From Rebecca billardiae RCC1528 (taxonomy: Eukaryota; Protista; Haptophyta), in contig OZ251234.1 of assembly GCA_965240325.2 (NCBI GenBank), forward strand, positions 186,001 to 250,000: 64,000 nt of DNA, written 5' to 3'. This document shows, in pieces, positions 48,393-61,675 of the stretch. Under the pieces are notes generated by a model. It did no database searches, was not told where the DNA came from, and was given only the letters and a program-made list of their open reading frames with translations. How positions within the stretch are numbered: position 1 is the first letter of the stretch; each line of letters begins with the position of its first letter. A program made the position numbers and the translations under genes.

Positions 48393-51300
48393 ATGGCGTG
48401 CGAGCATGCGACCGTGGAGGGCGCCGTGCCGCGGCTGCTGTTCGACGCGGCGTGCGTCGAGGCGCTGGCGGCGGACCCGGCGGTGCTCGCGGCCGGCCGC
48501 TGCCCCGCCGACGAGGTCGCCTTCTTCATCGACTCGTTCATGTCGGAGCTCAAACTGCATGTGCAGATCTTCAACATGGTGGTGCTGTTTGTCGTGCTCA
48601 CGGCCACGCAGCTCGGCGGCGTGCCGCGCCCGACGGGCGGCGTGCAGCGCGGCGCGTTCGCGCTGTGGCTGCTGATGACGCTGGTGCAGTGGACCTCCGC
48701 CGTGCTCTCCTTCACCTCGGTCGTCCTCTCGTACCGCGCGGTGCAGTCGGCGCTCGGCCAGTGCCTCGTGCCGCTGCGGCCGTCCGCGGCGGGCGCGGGC
48801 GCGCCGACGCTGCTCGACGTGCTCTTCTACAGCACGCTCGCGTTCCAGCCCGCGCTGACGTCCAAGCTGCTCGTGCTCACCATGTACCCGCTCGCCATCA
48901 GCTCGGGCTACCGCGGCGTGCTCCGGTTCGCCGAGGGCGAGGGCGGGCCAGCGCTCAAGGCGGCGGCGACGGCGGTCTACTGGCTGGCGGCGGGGTGCAT
49001 GGGCACGGTGATCGGCACGGCGGCGCTCGCGTACGCGGCGACGCTACTCGCGTGGTTCGTCACCGCCACCTTCGCCTTCGCCCCCGTCTTCCTGCCGCTC
49101 GCGCTGCCGGGCGCGCTCACCGCGGCGGCGCTCGTCGGCGGGCTGAACGGCCTCACGCGCGTGAGCGCGCGCGCGTCGGGCAAGCTGGGCGCGGCGGTGA
49201 TCCGCGACCGCGATCGGCGCGAGTCGATGGTGAGCATGGGCTCGATCGCGCCCGTGCCCACCGCCACCGAGCCGCGCGGCCGCGCCGGCGGCACCCTCGC
49301 CTCCGTGGCGATCGAGCGCGCGCGCGCGGCCGAGGCGGCCGAGGCGGCGTCCGCGCCGCTGCCAGTGCCCAAGTCAGCCAAGGCGCTGGCGGCGGTGGCG
49401 GCGGCGGCGTCCGCGGCGCACGGCGCCGCGACGTTCTACCTGTACTGGTGCGACTGGGCCGAGCTGCGCCGCGTCGAGCGGCTGCTCCAGCTCCGCGCCA
49501 AGGCGGCCGTCGTGCTGCGCGCGTGCGGCATCGTGCTCCTCGCCGCCCTGCACTTGGCTCTGCTGCCGCTGGCGGCGGCGCTCAGCGCGAGCGCCGCGTG
49601 CCGGGACGTGGTGTGGCGCGCGGCCAAGTCGCGCGGGCGGAGCTGCCTGCCGCGCGCCAAGCGCGGCGGCTCGGTGCGCGAGCTCAACGCCAAGTTCGTG
49701 CGCGCGTACGTCGCGCTCTCGCCGCTGCCGGCGCCGCGCGCCGAGCCGGCACCGTTAGAGTCAGAGCGCGGCGGCGCTTCGAGCGCTCGGTCCGCGCCCG
49801 CCGCGTCGCCGCGCACGCCGTCCTCGCCCGGCGGCGGCGGCGGCGGCGGGTTCGCGCGCGCGCGGCTGATGGCGCGCGCCGCGGCGGTGAGCGGCGGCGC
49901 CGCCGACGCCTCCTCGCCCGGCCGCATCGCCGGGCGCGACGGCGCGCGCACCGCGGTGGACGCGCAGGGCCGGTCAGTGCCTGTGTCCGACTACTACGCG
50001 GTGGTCAACCATCCCTTCTCCACCGCCTTCCTCGTGTTCGCGCTGGTGAGCGCGGCGGCGCCGATGGTGATCGCGAGCGCGTGGGCGGGCGCGTACTACT
50101 ACGGCCACCTGCCGCCCACCGCCGCCTCCACCGCCTTCGTCGCCGAGCTGTACGCGTTCGCAGGCGCCGAGTTCCGCTCGCTGCGCATCCCGGCGCTGGA
50201 CGGCGCCACGCTGCTCGAGGCGCTGGACGTGCGGCGCGCGCTGGCGGCGCTGTCGCAGGGGGAGTCGGCGGGCGTGCGCGCGCTGGTGCTCTCCTCGCGC
50301 GGCCTCGCCGCCGTCTCCGTCCTCCTCTCCGCCACCAAGCCCATCGCCTTCTTCCTGATGGGCCTCCTGTTTCTGTACGGCTCGGTGGGCGCGCGCAAGC
50401 TGGACATCGTCGAGCTGGGGATCACCGCGCGCATGGCGAGCGCCGTGCCGCCGTCGCACTTCGGGAGGCCGCTGTGCGACCTGGGCGGGCGGATACTGAG
50501 CGACGTGGAGTTCGCCGCGCTGTGCGCGACGCAGCTGCACGGCAACGGCCGCATCGCCACGCTCTCCCTCCACGGCACCGAGCTCTCAGACGCGGACGTG
50601 GGCGCGCTGTGCGCGGTGCTGCCCTCGATGCGCGCGCTGCGCTGCCTGCTGATGGGCGCGCAGCCCAGGCTGAGTGGCACGGGCGGCGGCGCGGCGCTGG
50701 GCAAGGCGGTGGGCGCGATCTCGCGCATCGAGCTCTTCGAGATCGACGGCGTCGAGTTCCCGCTCGGCGAGCCCGCGTGGCGCGGCACCGCCGCGGCCGC
50801 CGCGGCCGGCGGCGGCGGCAAGGCGGGTGGCGGCGGAAGCGGCGGCGCCGCCGGCGCCGGCGCCGGCGGCGGCGCCGCCTCGTTTGGCGGCGGCGGCGGC
50901 GGCGGGGCGGCCGGCGGCGCCAAGCACGCGCGGCCGGCGCGCCGCGTCGGCGCGGGCGTGGCCGCCTCGTTCAGCGGCACGGCGCGCGAGCGCGCGCCGC
51001 CCGCGGCCGAGCTGCACGCGCGCGCGCGCCCCGGCGCGGGCGAGGGCGCCGTGTACGCTCTGATCGAGCTCGTGCGCGCCGGCCGCGCGCCGCTGCGCAC
51101 GCTGCGGCTGGGCGGCGCGGCGGTGGGCGAGGAGGCGGCGGCGGCGCTCGCGCCGACCCTGGAGGAGCTGCACGGGCTGGCGGCGCTCGGGGTGAGCGGC
51201 GCGAAGCTGCCCAGCGTCGGCGCGCTCGGCCTCGTCCAGGCCGCCCTCCACCGGCGCGCGGGCGGCGCCTCGCGCTTTGAGCTGCTCGACCTGAGCCAGA

Positions 51301-52497
51301 ACAGCGCGCTCGGCGGCGCGGACGGCGGCGCATCGCTTACGCGCGCGCTCGGCGCGGGGCGCTCGCTGCGGAGCCTCAACCTGGCGGGGACGGGGCTCAA
51401 GCCGGACGCGATGCTCGCGCTGCCGCCGCTGCCCGCGCTGCGCGAGCTCGACCTGCGCGACAACGAGCTGGGCACGCGCGGCGCCGAGGCCCTCGCGCGC
51501 TCCCTCTCCTTCGGCGCGCTGCCGCAGCTGAGCCGGCTGCTGCTGGCGCGCAACAACATCGGCGCACACGGGATGGTGCGGCTGGGCGGCGCGCTGCCCT
51601 CGGTGCACCGCACGCTCACCGAGCTCGAGCTGGGCGGGAACGAGATCAGGGCGGAGGGCGCGAAGGCGCTCGCGAGCGCGCTGCCCCGGCTGCGCGCGCT
51701 GCGCAGGCTCGGGCTCGGCTCGGACGCGCTCGACGACGACGCGGCCGCCTCCCTCGCCGCAGGCCTGCGCTCCCTCCGCCTCGAAGCGATCGAACTGCAG
51801 GGGCTGGGCGGGGCCGCGGACGGCGCCGCCGCGCTCTTCGGCGCGGGGCGGCGGCGCGGGCGCGAGCAGCTGGGCGCGCTGCTGCGCGTCGACCTCGCGC
51901 CCAACAGCCTCGGGCCCGAGGGCGCGCGCGCGCTCGCCACCGCGTTTGCGCGCAGCGGCGCGGTGCAGCGCGCGCGGCTGCGCACCGTCTGGCTGCCGGT
52001 CGCGACCGCGCTCGGCTCAACTGCTGAGCTCGACCTGCGAGCGTCCGGCAGGTTCGGGCTGCTGGACGCGGTGGTGCTCGCCGAGCTCGTCGCGACCAAC
52101 ACCGGGCTGCGCCGCGTCATCTTCGGGTGCGCGCGCTGCCACCCTCGCGCGCGCCCTCCCCCTCCGGCTGTGTTGCCGTCCGCGACCGCGCACGTGCGTC
52201 CGCGCGCTCGTGCTCATCAGCGGGCGCGCCCCGACTGCCGCCGCCGCGCCGCGCCGCGCCAGGCCGGCCAACGCGCTCAGCCTGGACGCACGCGACGCGG
52301 TGCGCACCGCGTGGGCGCAGTCGAGCAGCCGGCACGGCGTCCGGCGTCGGGCCGCCGACCTCGTGTTCGAGGGAGACGCCGCCGATGCCGCGGCGGCCGT
52401 GATGGAGCCTGTCGCACCAGACACGGACAGCGACGACGAGGACGAGGCGGCTCGGCTCGAGGCCGCCGCCGCGCGCCGGCACTCCGCGCCCGTGTGA
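48393..52497 (+). CDS. Polytopic membrane protein with C-terminal RI-like leucine-rich repeats; intron 52127-52262
   Basis: About 8-10 hydrophobic segments, then LRELDLRDNELGTRGAEALA, LSRLLLARNNIGAHG, LTELELGGNEIRAEGAKALA, VDLAPNSLGPEGARALA; acidic C-terminal exon. Confidence 0.78.
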
Positions 52498-52973
52498 CCT
52501 CGGCGTGGCGTCAGCGGGCGGCGCTGCGACGCATCAATCACGGCGGCTGCGGCGGGTGCAGCAGCTGATGCAGCTGAGGCAGCAGCAGGCTATGCGGCGT
52601 GACTTGATCGGATGACGACGCAACGTTGCAACGACTACACTCGTCAGACGACGACGACGCGCCATGATCGACGACGACGCATATCACGCGCGCATCGGTA
52701 GCAGCGCGCTACCGCTAGATAACACACATATACATGTATAGATATATACATGCTGACGCGATGATGATGATTCGCTCATCATGATTCACGACGGCTGCAC
52801 TCTGCTGATGCGACGCCGACGCTGACGACGACGACGCCCCGCGCCGCGTCTGACAAAGGCTCCCACCCCGGACTTCCAGGCGGGCGCCAGCGGGGCCGCG
52901 CGGCCAAACGCGTCTGACGGGCCGCGCGCGGCCGCCCGTCACGCATACGCGATGCGGCGCGCCCGCCCGCCAC

Positions 52974-53579
52974 TCAGCAGCACCCCTTCTTCCGCGTCTC
53001 GTCCTCGAGGATATCCCTGTGCGCCATCGAGACGGTGCCGGCGTGTTTGTGTGCGCGGAACCTGGTGGCTGCCAACCGCTTGCTCACGTCCATGAAGAGC
53101 TGCTCGACGCCGATGTTCTCCTTGGCGGAGGTCTCGACGAGGATCGCGCCGATGTCCGCCGCGTACTGCGCCGCGACCTCGTACGGCACCGTGCGCTGCT
53201 CCCGCAGGTCCGCCTTGTTGGCGGCGATCGCGAGCACGAGCGGCTCCTCCACGTTCGCCTGCAGCTCGCGCACCCACTCCTTCATCTTGTCGAAGCTCTG
53301 CTCGTTGGTGATGTCGAAGACGAGGATCGCGGCGACGGCGCCGCGGTAGTACAGCGGCGCCATCGAGCGGAAGCGCTCCTGCCCCGCCGTGTCCCAGATC
53401 TGCAGCGTGATCTTGTGCCCGCTCACGCTCACCTCCTTCACGAGGAAGGACGCGCCGATGGTCGAGGCGATGTACGGCGCGAACTGGTTCTTGACGAAGC
53501 GGCACGCGATGCATGTCTTGCCCACGCCCGAGCTGCCGAGCACGACCACCTTCGCGTCGTGCCGCGCCGTGGCCTGCAT
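52974..53579 (-). CDS. Rab GTPase, Rab22/31-like (Rab5 group), intronless
   Basis: GSSGVGKT, effector TIGASF, WDTAGQERF, NKAD, ETSAK, C-terminal CC prenylation site. Confidence 0.93.
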   Translation of the reverse strand: MQATARHDAKVVVLGSSGVGKTCIACRFVKNQFAPYIASTIGASFLVKEVSVSGHKITLQIWDTAGQERFRSMAPLYYRGAVAAILVFDITNEQSFDKMKEWVRELQANVEEPLVLAIAANKADLREQRTVPYEVAAQYAADIGAILVETSAKENIGVEQLFMDVSKRLAATRFRAHKHAGTVSMAHRDILEDETRKKGCC

Positions 53580-53921
53580 CGCCCACGCTGCGGGTCGCCG
53601 CGGTGCCGCCGCTGCGGAGCGCTCCCCCAGCTTGCGCGACTCCCGGCGTCAGCTATTGGCTGGCGCGCGGTGTCGTCCTGGTCGTCGGTGTGCCGCGCGA
53701 GAATCTCTCGTCTATGGCTTTTCGTTTGAGCCCTCACTTTTCGAGCAGAGTGGCCAATCAGAACACGCAGCTGAGCGGCTGATCTATGGTCGGATACCCA
53801 TACCACTCAACCAGATAGGCGCGGAACCGCTCTTCCATAGGGAGGCCAGTCGCCCAAAGCTTGACAAGCACAAGGGCTGGGTAGGGCGGGGCAGACAGCG
53901 CGTTCAAAAGCGACGACATCG

Positions 53922-56900
53922 ATGGCGGCCGGCGCGCCCGTCCGCGGCTCGGACGGCGGCGTGGGCGCGAGCGCCGAGCTGTGGACGTTCCTCTCGCCCT
54001 CCGACCTGCCCGCGAACGACAAGCGCGAGCTCATCGACCGCCTCGTCGGCGCCAAGGTCACCGCGCGCATGCTCACCGACGCGGGCGGCTCGCTGCTCGC
54101 GCCGGCCGTGCTGCGCGATGAGCTGGGCGTGCACGAGCTCGGCTTCCGCCTCGCGCTCGCCGAGTGCTACCGGGCGGCGACCGGGCGCGAGGCGCCCGCC
54201 GCGTTCTCCAGCTCCGCGCCGCCCTCCTCCGCGCGCGCGCGCGCCGCGCCGCCCGGCCGGCCGAGCGCGCGGCACACGCCGCGCGCGCACGCTCGATTGG
54301 ACGCGCGCGGCGCGCCGCCACATACGCCGACGCCGGCGCCGGCGCCGGCGGTGGCGCGCGTGGTGCCGCGCATGCCGAGCCAGCGGCGCACCATGTCCCC
54401 GCTCCGCGGCGCGCCCTCGCACGTCGCGCTCGGCGCCGCGCACGCGCCCAACTGCACGGCGAGCGGCGCGGGCGTGCTCACGGCGGTCGCGGGCGCGTGG
54501 ACGGCGCTCACCGTGATCTCGCGCGATCTGGACAACCGCCGGCTGCTCACGGGGGGCTGCGTGCTGCGCGCGGCGCTGCTCGGGCCGGGGTCGTCGAAGA
54601 CGCGCGTCCGCGACCACGCCGACGGCAGCTACGCCGTCGCCTTCCTCCCCTCGATCTCGGGCGAGCACGCGCTGCGCATCACGCTCGCGAGCGCGCACCC
54701 GCACGGGGGGCCTCCAACTGAGGAGCACATCGGCCCCTCGCCGCTGCGCATCCTGGTGCACCCGCGCGGCGCGCGCGCGCTGCGGTACGAGCTGGTCGTG
54801 ATCGACGACGGCGGCGGCGCCACCGATCCCGCCAGGGCCGACGCCGACGCCCACGCCCACGCCGCCGACGCAGCGCGCGGCGCGCGCGCGCGCGCGGCGC
54901 GCGCCGAGCCGGGCGGCGCTCCGCAGCTCGCGCCGCCCGCGCGCGTGCACGCGCGCGCGGGCGAGCCGGTCGTGCTCGGCGTCGACGCGCGCGCGGGCGA
55001 GCCCGCGCCGGCGGGGCTGCCGCTGCGCGCGGTGCTCACGCCCGAGAGCGCCGAGCCCTCGCCGCGCGCCCTCCGCCACGCGGGCGGCGGGTGGGAGGAG
55101 GACGAGGCATTCGGCGGCTGGCTGCGCGCCTCGGCGGCCGAGCGCGCGCCGCGCGTGAGCGTGCGCGAGCACGCGCGCGCGCGCGGCGGCGGCGGGTGGT
55201 CGGTGTTCGGCGGGGGCGCGGGCGGGGGCGAGGCGGCGTTCGCGTACACGCTCTCCGCGCGCGTGTACGCCGCGGGCGTGCACCACCTCTCCGTCACGCT
55301 CGACGGCATGCACATTCACAACTCGCCGATCGAGATCCGCGTGCGTGCGGGGCCGCCGCACGCGCGCGCGTGTCTGCTCGCCGGGCGCGCGCTCAGCGCG
55401 GCGCGCGCGGGCGAGGCGGCGAAGATCCGGCTGCTCGCGCGCGACGCGTGGGGGAACGCGTGCGCGCGCGGCGGCGCGCGCGTCGAGCTGCTCATGGCCG
55501 CCGCCCACGCCCACGCCGACGGCGGCGCGAGCGCGGCCGCCGAGCGCGCGCTCGTGCGCGCGGCGCCGCGCGCCGGCGCGAGCCGCGGCGCCGCCGACGG
55601 CGGCTTTGGCGGCGGCAGCGGCGGCGGCGGCGCGCGCGGCGAGGACGACGAGGGCGAGGCGCCGTTCGGCCCGGGGGACGGGCTGCAGCCGCACTACCAG
55701 CCCGACACCGTCGCCGCCCCCACCGACCGCGCCTCGCCCGCCGCCGCGTCCGCCGCCGGCTCCGCCAGTGGCGGTGCCGCCGGTGGCACCAGTGCCATCA
55801 GGGCGCCCGCCATCGTGGAGTACGAGGTGGCGGACGACGGCGACGGTGCGTACACGCTGGCGTACCGGAGCGCGCGCGCGGGCGTGTACGCGGCGCGCGT
55901 GCTCGTCGACGGCGAGGAGGCGCGCGCGCCGCGCGCCCTCACCGTGCACGCGGGCCCGTGCGACCCGCTGCGCTCCGAGCTGGCCGCGGCCGCGCTTGCA
56001 AACGTGGCGGCGGGCGCCGTGGCGACGTTTGCGGTGCGCGCGCGCGACGGCTGCGGCAACGCGTGCGGCGGCGAGGGCGGCGGCGCGGCGGGCGCGTGGG
56101 CGGCGGCCGAGGACGACGCCGACGACGACGACGACGACGTTCAGCCGCCGCTCCGCTGGTGGTGGGGCGTGCGCGCGGCCAGCGCGCCGCGCGCGCCGCC
56201 GCTCGCGGCCGGCGAGTGCTCAGCCCTCGGCGGCGGCGTGTGGCGCGCGCAGCTCGCGCTGAGCGCGGCGGGTCGGTACGGCCTCGACGTGCGGCTGGGC
56301 GGGCCGGACGGCCCGGCGCTCGGCGCGTGCCCCGCGCCGGTGTGCGTCTGGCCCGGTCCTCCGCACGCGCCCGCGTGCGCGCTCGAGCTGCCGCCCGCTG
56401 GCGTGACGGCGGGCGAGCGCGCGCGCGTGCTCGTGCGCGCGCGCGACGCGCATGGCAACGCGTGCACGCGCCCGCCCGAGCGCGGCGGCGAGCGGCTGTT
56501 CCGGCTGCGGCTGGTGCGGCTGGGCGGCGAGGGCGGCGGCGAGGACGACGGCCCCGGCTCGTCCGACGACTCGGGCTCGGACGGGCCGGACAGCCCTCCC
56601 CCTCCTCTCCCGACGCGCGTGGAAGCGTTTTCGTTCGAGCTGACGCACAGCGCCGCACCCGACGGCGGCGCGGCCGAGCCGGCGGCGGGCGGCGGCGGCG
56701 GCGGCGGCGCGTGGGCGGGCGCGCTGCGCAGCGGCGTGCACGCGCTCGAGTTCAGCGCGCCGCGCGCGGGCGAGTACGGCGCGGAGATCGCGCTCATTGA
56801 GCCGGGCGACGACGGGCGTTGGCACGAGCGCACCGCCCCCGCCGCCGCGCCCACCGCCGCCGCGCCGTTCGGCAGCGTGGTGGCCGCCGAGCCGCGCCGC

Positions 56901-59729
56901 CCGCTGCTGGGGGGCGCGCCGTTCGCGCTGACGGTGCTGGCGGGGGAGGCCGAGCCGCGGCGCTGCCGCGTGCGCGCGCCGCCGAGCGGCGCGGTGGGCG
57001 CGGAGCTCGTCGCGCGGCTCACGCTGCGCGACCGCGCGGGCAACCGGCTGGCGCGCGGCGGCCACCACCACATCACCGCTCAGCTGGTGTGCGTCGAGGG
57101 GGGAGCCGCGGCCGAGGCCGCGGCCGCGGCCGCGCCGCTCGCGCGCGCGGCGGCGCTCGCGCAGTGCGCGCGAGAGCCGGGCGCGGCCGCGCTGCCCGGG
57201 ACGCACGGCGCCGGCGGCGGCGGGTGGTGGGCGGCGCGCTCCGCGCCCGCGCCCACCGCCGCCGTGCCCGCGCGCGTGCGCCACCTCGGAGGCGGGGAGT
57301 ACCAACTCATCGCCACGCCGCTCGCCTCCGGGGCGCATGAGCTGCGGGCGGCGCTGGTCCGGATGGAGGCGGTGGCGGCCGAGGGCACGCCGGGCGGAGG
57401 CGGCGGCGAGGCGATGGCGGCGGCGCGCGCCGCGGCGGCGCAGCCCGCGCACGGCGCGCCCGCCGTGCCGAGCGCGGCTGCGGGCGCGCGCGCGGGCCGC
57501 GCGAGCGTGCCACTGTCGCCCTCGCCCGCGCGCGCGCCCGGCGGCGGCGCGCGCGCGCCCTCGTCGGTGGGCGGCTGGGGCTGCGCCGGGCTCGGCGGCG
57601 GCGGCGGCAGCAGCGTCGCCGGCAGCGTGAGCAGCCGGCTCTCCGCGCCGACCGCCACCTCCGTCGCGCGCGCGCGCGAGCGCGCCGAGCGCGCCGAGCG
57701 GCGCGAGCGGCGCGCTCGCTCCGCCTCGCCGCCCTCGCCCGCGCAGCGGCGCGGCGGCGCGGGCTCGGCGGCGTCGCCGCCGCGCTCGGCGCTGCGCAGC
57801 CCGCGCGCGGGGCAGCCGCCGCCGCCGCCGCCGCCGCCGCCGCTGCGCACGCCCTCGCCACCGCGCCGCCGCGTCGCGCGCGCGCTCGGCCGCGCGCCGC
57901 CGCTCATCCTGGTCGCGGCCGGCCCTTTGCGGCCGAGCGCGTGCGTGCTGACCGGCGAGGCGCTCGCGCTCGGCTGCGTCGCCGGCCGGCCGGCGGAGGC
58001 GGTGCTGATCCCGTGCGACCAGGGGGGCAACGCGCTCGGCGTGAGCGCGGAGGGCGCGCGGGGCGTGCGCGCGGTGCTGCTGCCGCCGCGCGCGCCGCGC
58101 GGCGCCGCGCCGTCCGACGCCGACGCCGCCGCCGCGCCGCCCGAAGTCACGGTGCTCGCGCGCGCCGCGCCGCCGGACGGCGGGCCGGGCTGCTACGCGC
58201 TGCAATTCACGCCCACGCGCGCAGGCGCGCACGCGCTGCGCGTGTGGCTGGGCGAGGCGGAGCTGCCCGCGTCGCCGTGGCGCGTGCACGTGGCGCCCGG
58301 GCTGGCCTCGGCGCACGGCTCGCGCGTCGAGCCGCCGCCCGCGCCGCACGGCCGCGCGCACGCGCCTGATCCCGAGGTGACGGGCCGCGCGCACGCGGCG
58401 GTGGCGGGCGAGCGCGCATCGCTCACGCTCACAGCGCGCGACGGCTGCGGCAACGCGTGCGCGCACGAGGGCGCCGCGCTCGCGGCCGTCGAGTTCAGCC
58501 TCGAGCTGGAGGCGGCGGCGGAGGCGGCGGCGGAGGCGCGCGGCGGGGCGGGCGCGCCGCCGCGCGCCGAGGCGCACGCGGCACACCTGGGCGGCAGCGC
58601 GTGGGCGCTCTCCTTCTGCGCGGAGGCGGCGGGCACGTGGGTGGCGCGCGTGGCCGTGCGCGGCGCACCGCTCAGGGGTGCGCGCGCGCGCAGGCCGCGC
58701 GCGGAGGCAGCGCGCGAGCGAGCGCGCGCGCCCGGCTGAGGCGCCCCGTCTCCTCCTGTGGAGCGCAAGTCCGTGCCGCCACCCTGCCTCCTCACGCGCC
58801 CGCCCGCCGCCCTCGCCCGCCCTCGCCGCGCGCGCCGCGCGCGCAGGCCCTGCGGCGCGCGTGCGCGTCGTGCCCGCGCGCACCTGGCCTGCGGCGTGCA
58901 CGCTGCAGCAGCAGGTGAGGAGGCGGGCGGGGCCGCGGCGGGGTGAGGGCGGGCACGCACAACGCGCGCGGGGGGGGGGGGCTGGCGCGTGGCGCCACGC
59001 GCGCCCTCACCCCGCCACGCCGCCCCCGCCTCCTCCCACGCCCCCTCGCGCGCGCAGGCCGGCTTCCCTCGCGCCGTGCGCGCCTCGGAGCTCGCCGAGC
59101 TCACGCTGGTCGCTCGAGATCGGTTCGGCAATGCGCGCGCCAGCGGCGGCGACCGCGTGCTGGCGAGCGTGCTGCCCGAGCCCGCGGTGGGCGCCACCGT
59201 CACCGACCGCGGCGACGGGAGCTACGCGGTGCGCTTCGTGCCCGCGAGCGTGGGCGAGGCCGTCCTGAGCCTCTCCGTCGGCGGCGCGCCCGCCGGCTGC
59301 TCGCCACACCTCGTCGAGGTGCGGGCGGGCGCGCCCGACGGCGCGCGCTCGACCGCGGCCGGGCCGGGGCTGGGCGCGCACGTGCGCGTGAACGAGCTCG
59401 CGGCGTTCGCCGTGTGCGCGCGCGACGGCGCGGGCAACCCGACGCACGCGGGCGGCGACCTGGTCGACGTGCGCATCGAGGGCGGCGACGCGCGCATCGT
59501 CGAGCTGCGCGACCAGGGCAACGGCGCGTACGTGTGCTCGTACGCGCCCTTCAGCGCGGGCGCGCTCGCGGTGCACGTGCAGCTCAACGGCGCGAGCATA
59601 CAGGGCTCGCCGTTCGAGGTGCGCGCGCTGCACGCGCACGAGGCGGAGCGGCTGCGGCTCGAGGCGGAGCGGCAGCAGCAGCGCGACGACGACGACGACG
59701 ACGGCGACGGCGACTACACCACGCTCTAG
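53922..59729 (+). CDS. Filamin/ABP280 Ig-repeat protein with N-terminal SAM-like domain; introns 58678-58846, 58915-59057
   Basis: Repeated ARD.xGN...GG, D..DG.Y.V.F/Y.P...G.H.L.V, I.GSP motifs; N-terminal helical LRDELGVHELGFRLAL segment. Confidence 0.82.
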
Positions 59730-60116
59730 ATCGAGTCCGCCAGTACGACTTAGAGTCTTAGTTAGTAGCAGCAGCGTGGCCGTACGCAGTAGTACGCTGA
59801 CGCATGCAGGCGCAGCTGTTGTCGCGTCACGGCGACTCACTGTCCCCGCGCGCCGGCGTTAAATAGCCGTTATAAACGGTAATTATGCCCGCGGAGCCCG
59901 TGCTGCAGTAGTAGCATCAGCTGCGTCGGCTACGCAATCTGCTTCAGCCAGGCGCAATTGGCTTCGATATCTATCGTCATCGGATGATCGAGCTAGCAGT
60001 ACGCATCACGTGATCAGCAGTCGCGGCAGTATAAGAGTTACCGGACAGTATAGACGTCGGCTCTCTCTCTCTCTTGATCCGGCGTCATCATCAGCATCAC
60101 TTCGATTGCGGATTGG

Positions 60117-61675
60117 TCAGTGCTCATCGGGTCGCGCCGTCGCGTGCACTCCACACCGCTTGCGGTGCGTACGCCAGTCGCGCCGCTGGCACTCTTCACT
60201 GTGAATCCGCGCAGGAGCGCCGCACGCGGGTACATCGGGTAGGCGGGGCAGCGCGCACGGGACGCGAGTCAGCACTACCAACGTTGTGCACCGCCACAGC
60301 GCGCGCACGGCGCTCGCGCGCCCGCAGCGCCGCACCTGCAATACACCACCGCCTTGCAACGCCCGCACCGACGGCCGCCGCAGCCGCCGCACGCGGCGCA
60401 TGCGCGCGTATCTCGGTGCAGCGGCGCGTGCCCGCGCTCGACAGCATGCGGCAGCACGTTCTCCACCCACAGCTGCTGCATAGCGCCCGATTGCTCGCCG
60501 CCACACCGCGCGTCCGCGGCCAGCTCGTACCCCAGCGGCAGCAGCTCCACAGCGCGCGCGCGCGCGGGGGCTGGGAAGAGGTGGTGGGTCTTGGGGCTCC
60601 ACGGGCCGGCTGCGGCGACCACGACCGCCGCGGCGCCGTGGTGCGGATCGGTGGCGAGCGCGGCGTGGGCAAGAGCGAGGGGCGACGACTCGCCGCCGGC
60701 GCTGAGGGCGTCGGTGTCGGTGAGCGCGCGCAGCTGCGCCACGGCCTCCGCCTCGCTCAGCAGCTCGACGTGGTGCAGGGCAGTGAGCCAGTGACACGCG
60801 CGCTCGAGCCAGGCCGAGAGCTCTGCAAACTCGCCACCGACCATCCGAGTGACGTCGCTCATCTGTTGCCGTTCACGGAGACGATCGAACACACTACGTC
60901 TCCCGCGCAGCGCTTGGGCCTTGCACAGCAGCTGCACCACCTGCAGCCGCTCAGCGGGCGTGTGGTCGGTGCGGGATTCGGGCTCTTGGGTGACGGCTTT
61001 TGCCAGCAGGGTGGTTGGGAACAGTGTCGACGGCTCACTGGCGTCAACATCTGCATGCACCTCGAGCAGCAGCTGCACGCAAGGCGCGCGCAGCTCGCGC
61101 ACCGCCGCAGCGATCGGCAGCGGCACGGTGTCACTATCACCGTCGATGCGGTTGAGGTCTGTGCGCGCAGCGATTAGTAGCTGCGCGCACTCGGCGTGGC
61201 CGGTGTTACAGGAGACATGGATTGCTCGAGCCCCCTCAAACCCATGCTGATCGACGCTCGCGCCTGCATCGAGCAGGACGCGCACGCACTCTGCATGGCC
61301 ATGACCGGCCGCGAAGTGGAGGGCTGTAACCCGGGTGTCGGTGAATAGAGCATCCCCGTCGGTGAAGGCATCCGGGTCGGCGTTCGCCTCGAGGAGGAGC
61401 TGCGCGCACTCGGCCCGTCCATGGACGCATGCATGGTGCAACGCGTTGCCACGAATAACCGTCCTCGTGTCCTTGATGTGAACGTCAGCGCCCGCCTCGA
61501 GGAGCAGCCGCGCGCACTCGGCCTGTCCTTTGTTGCATGCCCACGTGAGAGCGGTCCATCCGCGCGCGTCGTGGCGGTTGGGATCGACACCCCGTGCCAG
61601 GAGCGACCCGAGCGTGTGCACATCGCCACTTGTGCACGCGGTCGCCATGTCCCGCGTCAGCTCCTCGTGAGTCAT
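60117..61675 (-). CDS. Ankyrin-repeat + MYND zinc-finger protein; intron 60199-60335
   Basis: GWTALTWAC, GNALHHAC, TALHFAAGHGH ankyrin repeats; spliced CAACG..RRCGRCKAVVYCS|EECQRRDWRTHRKRC. Confidence 0.9.
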
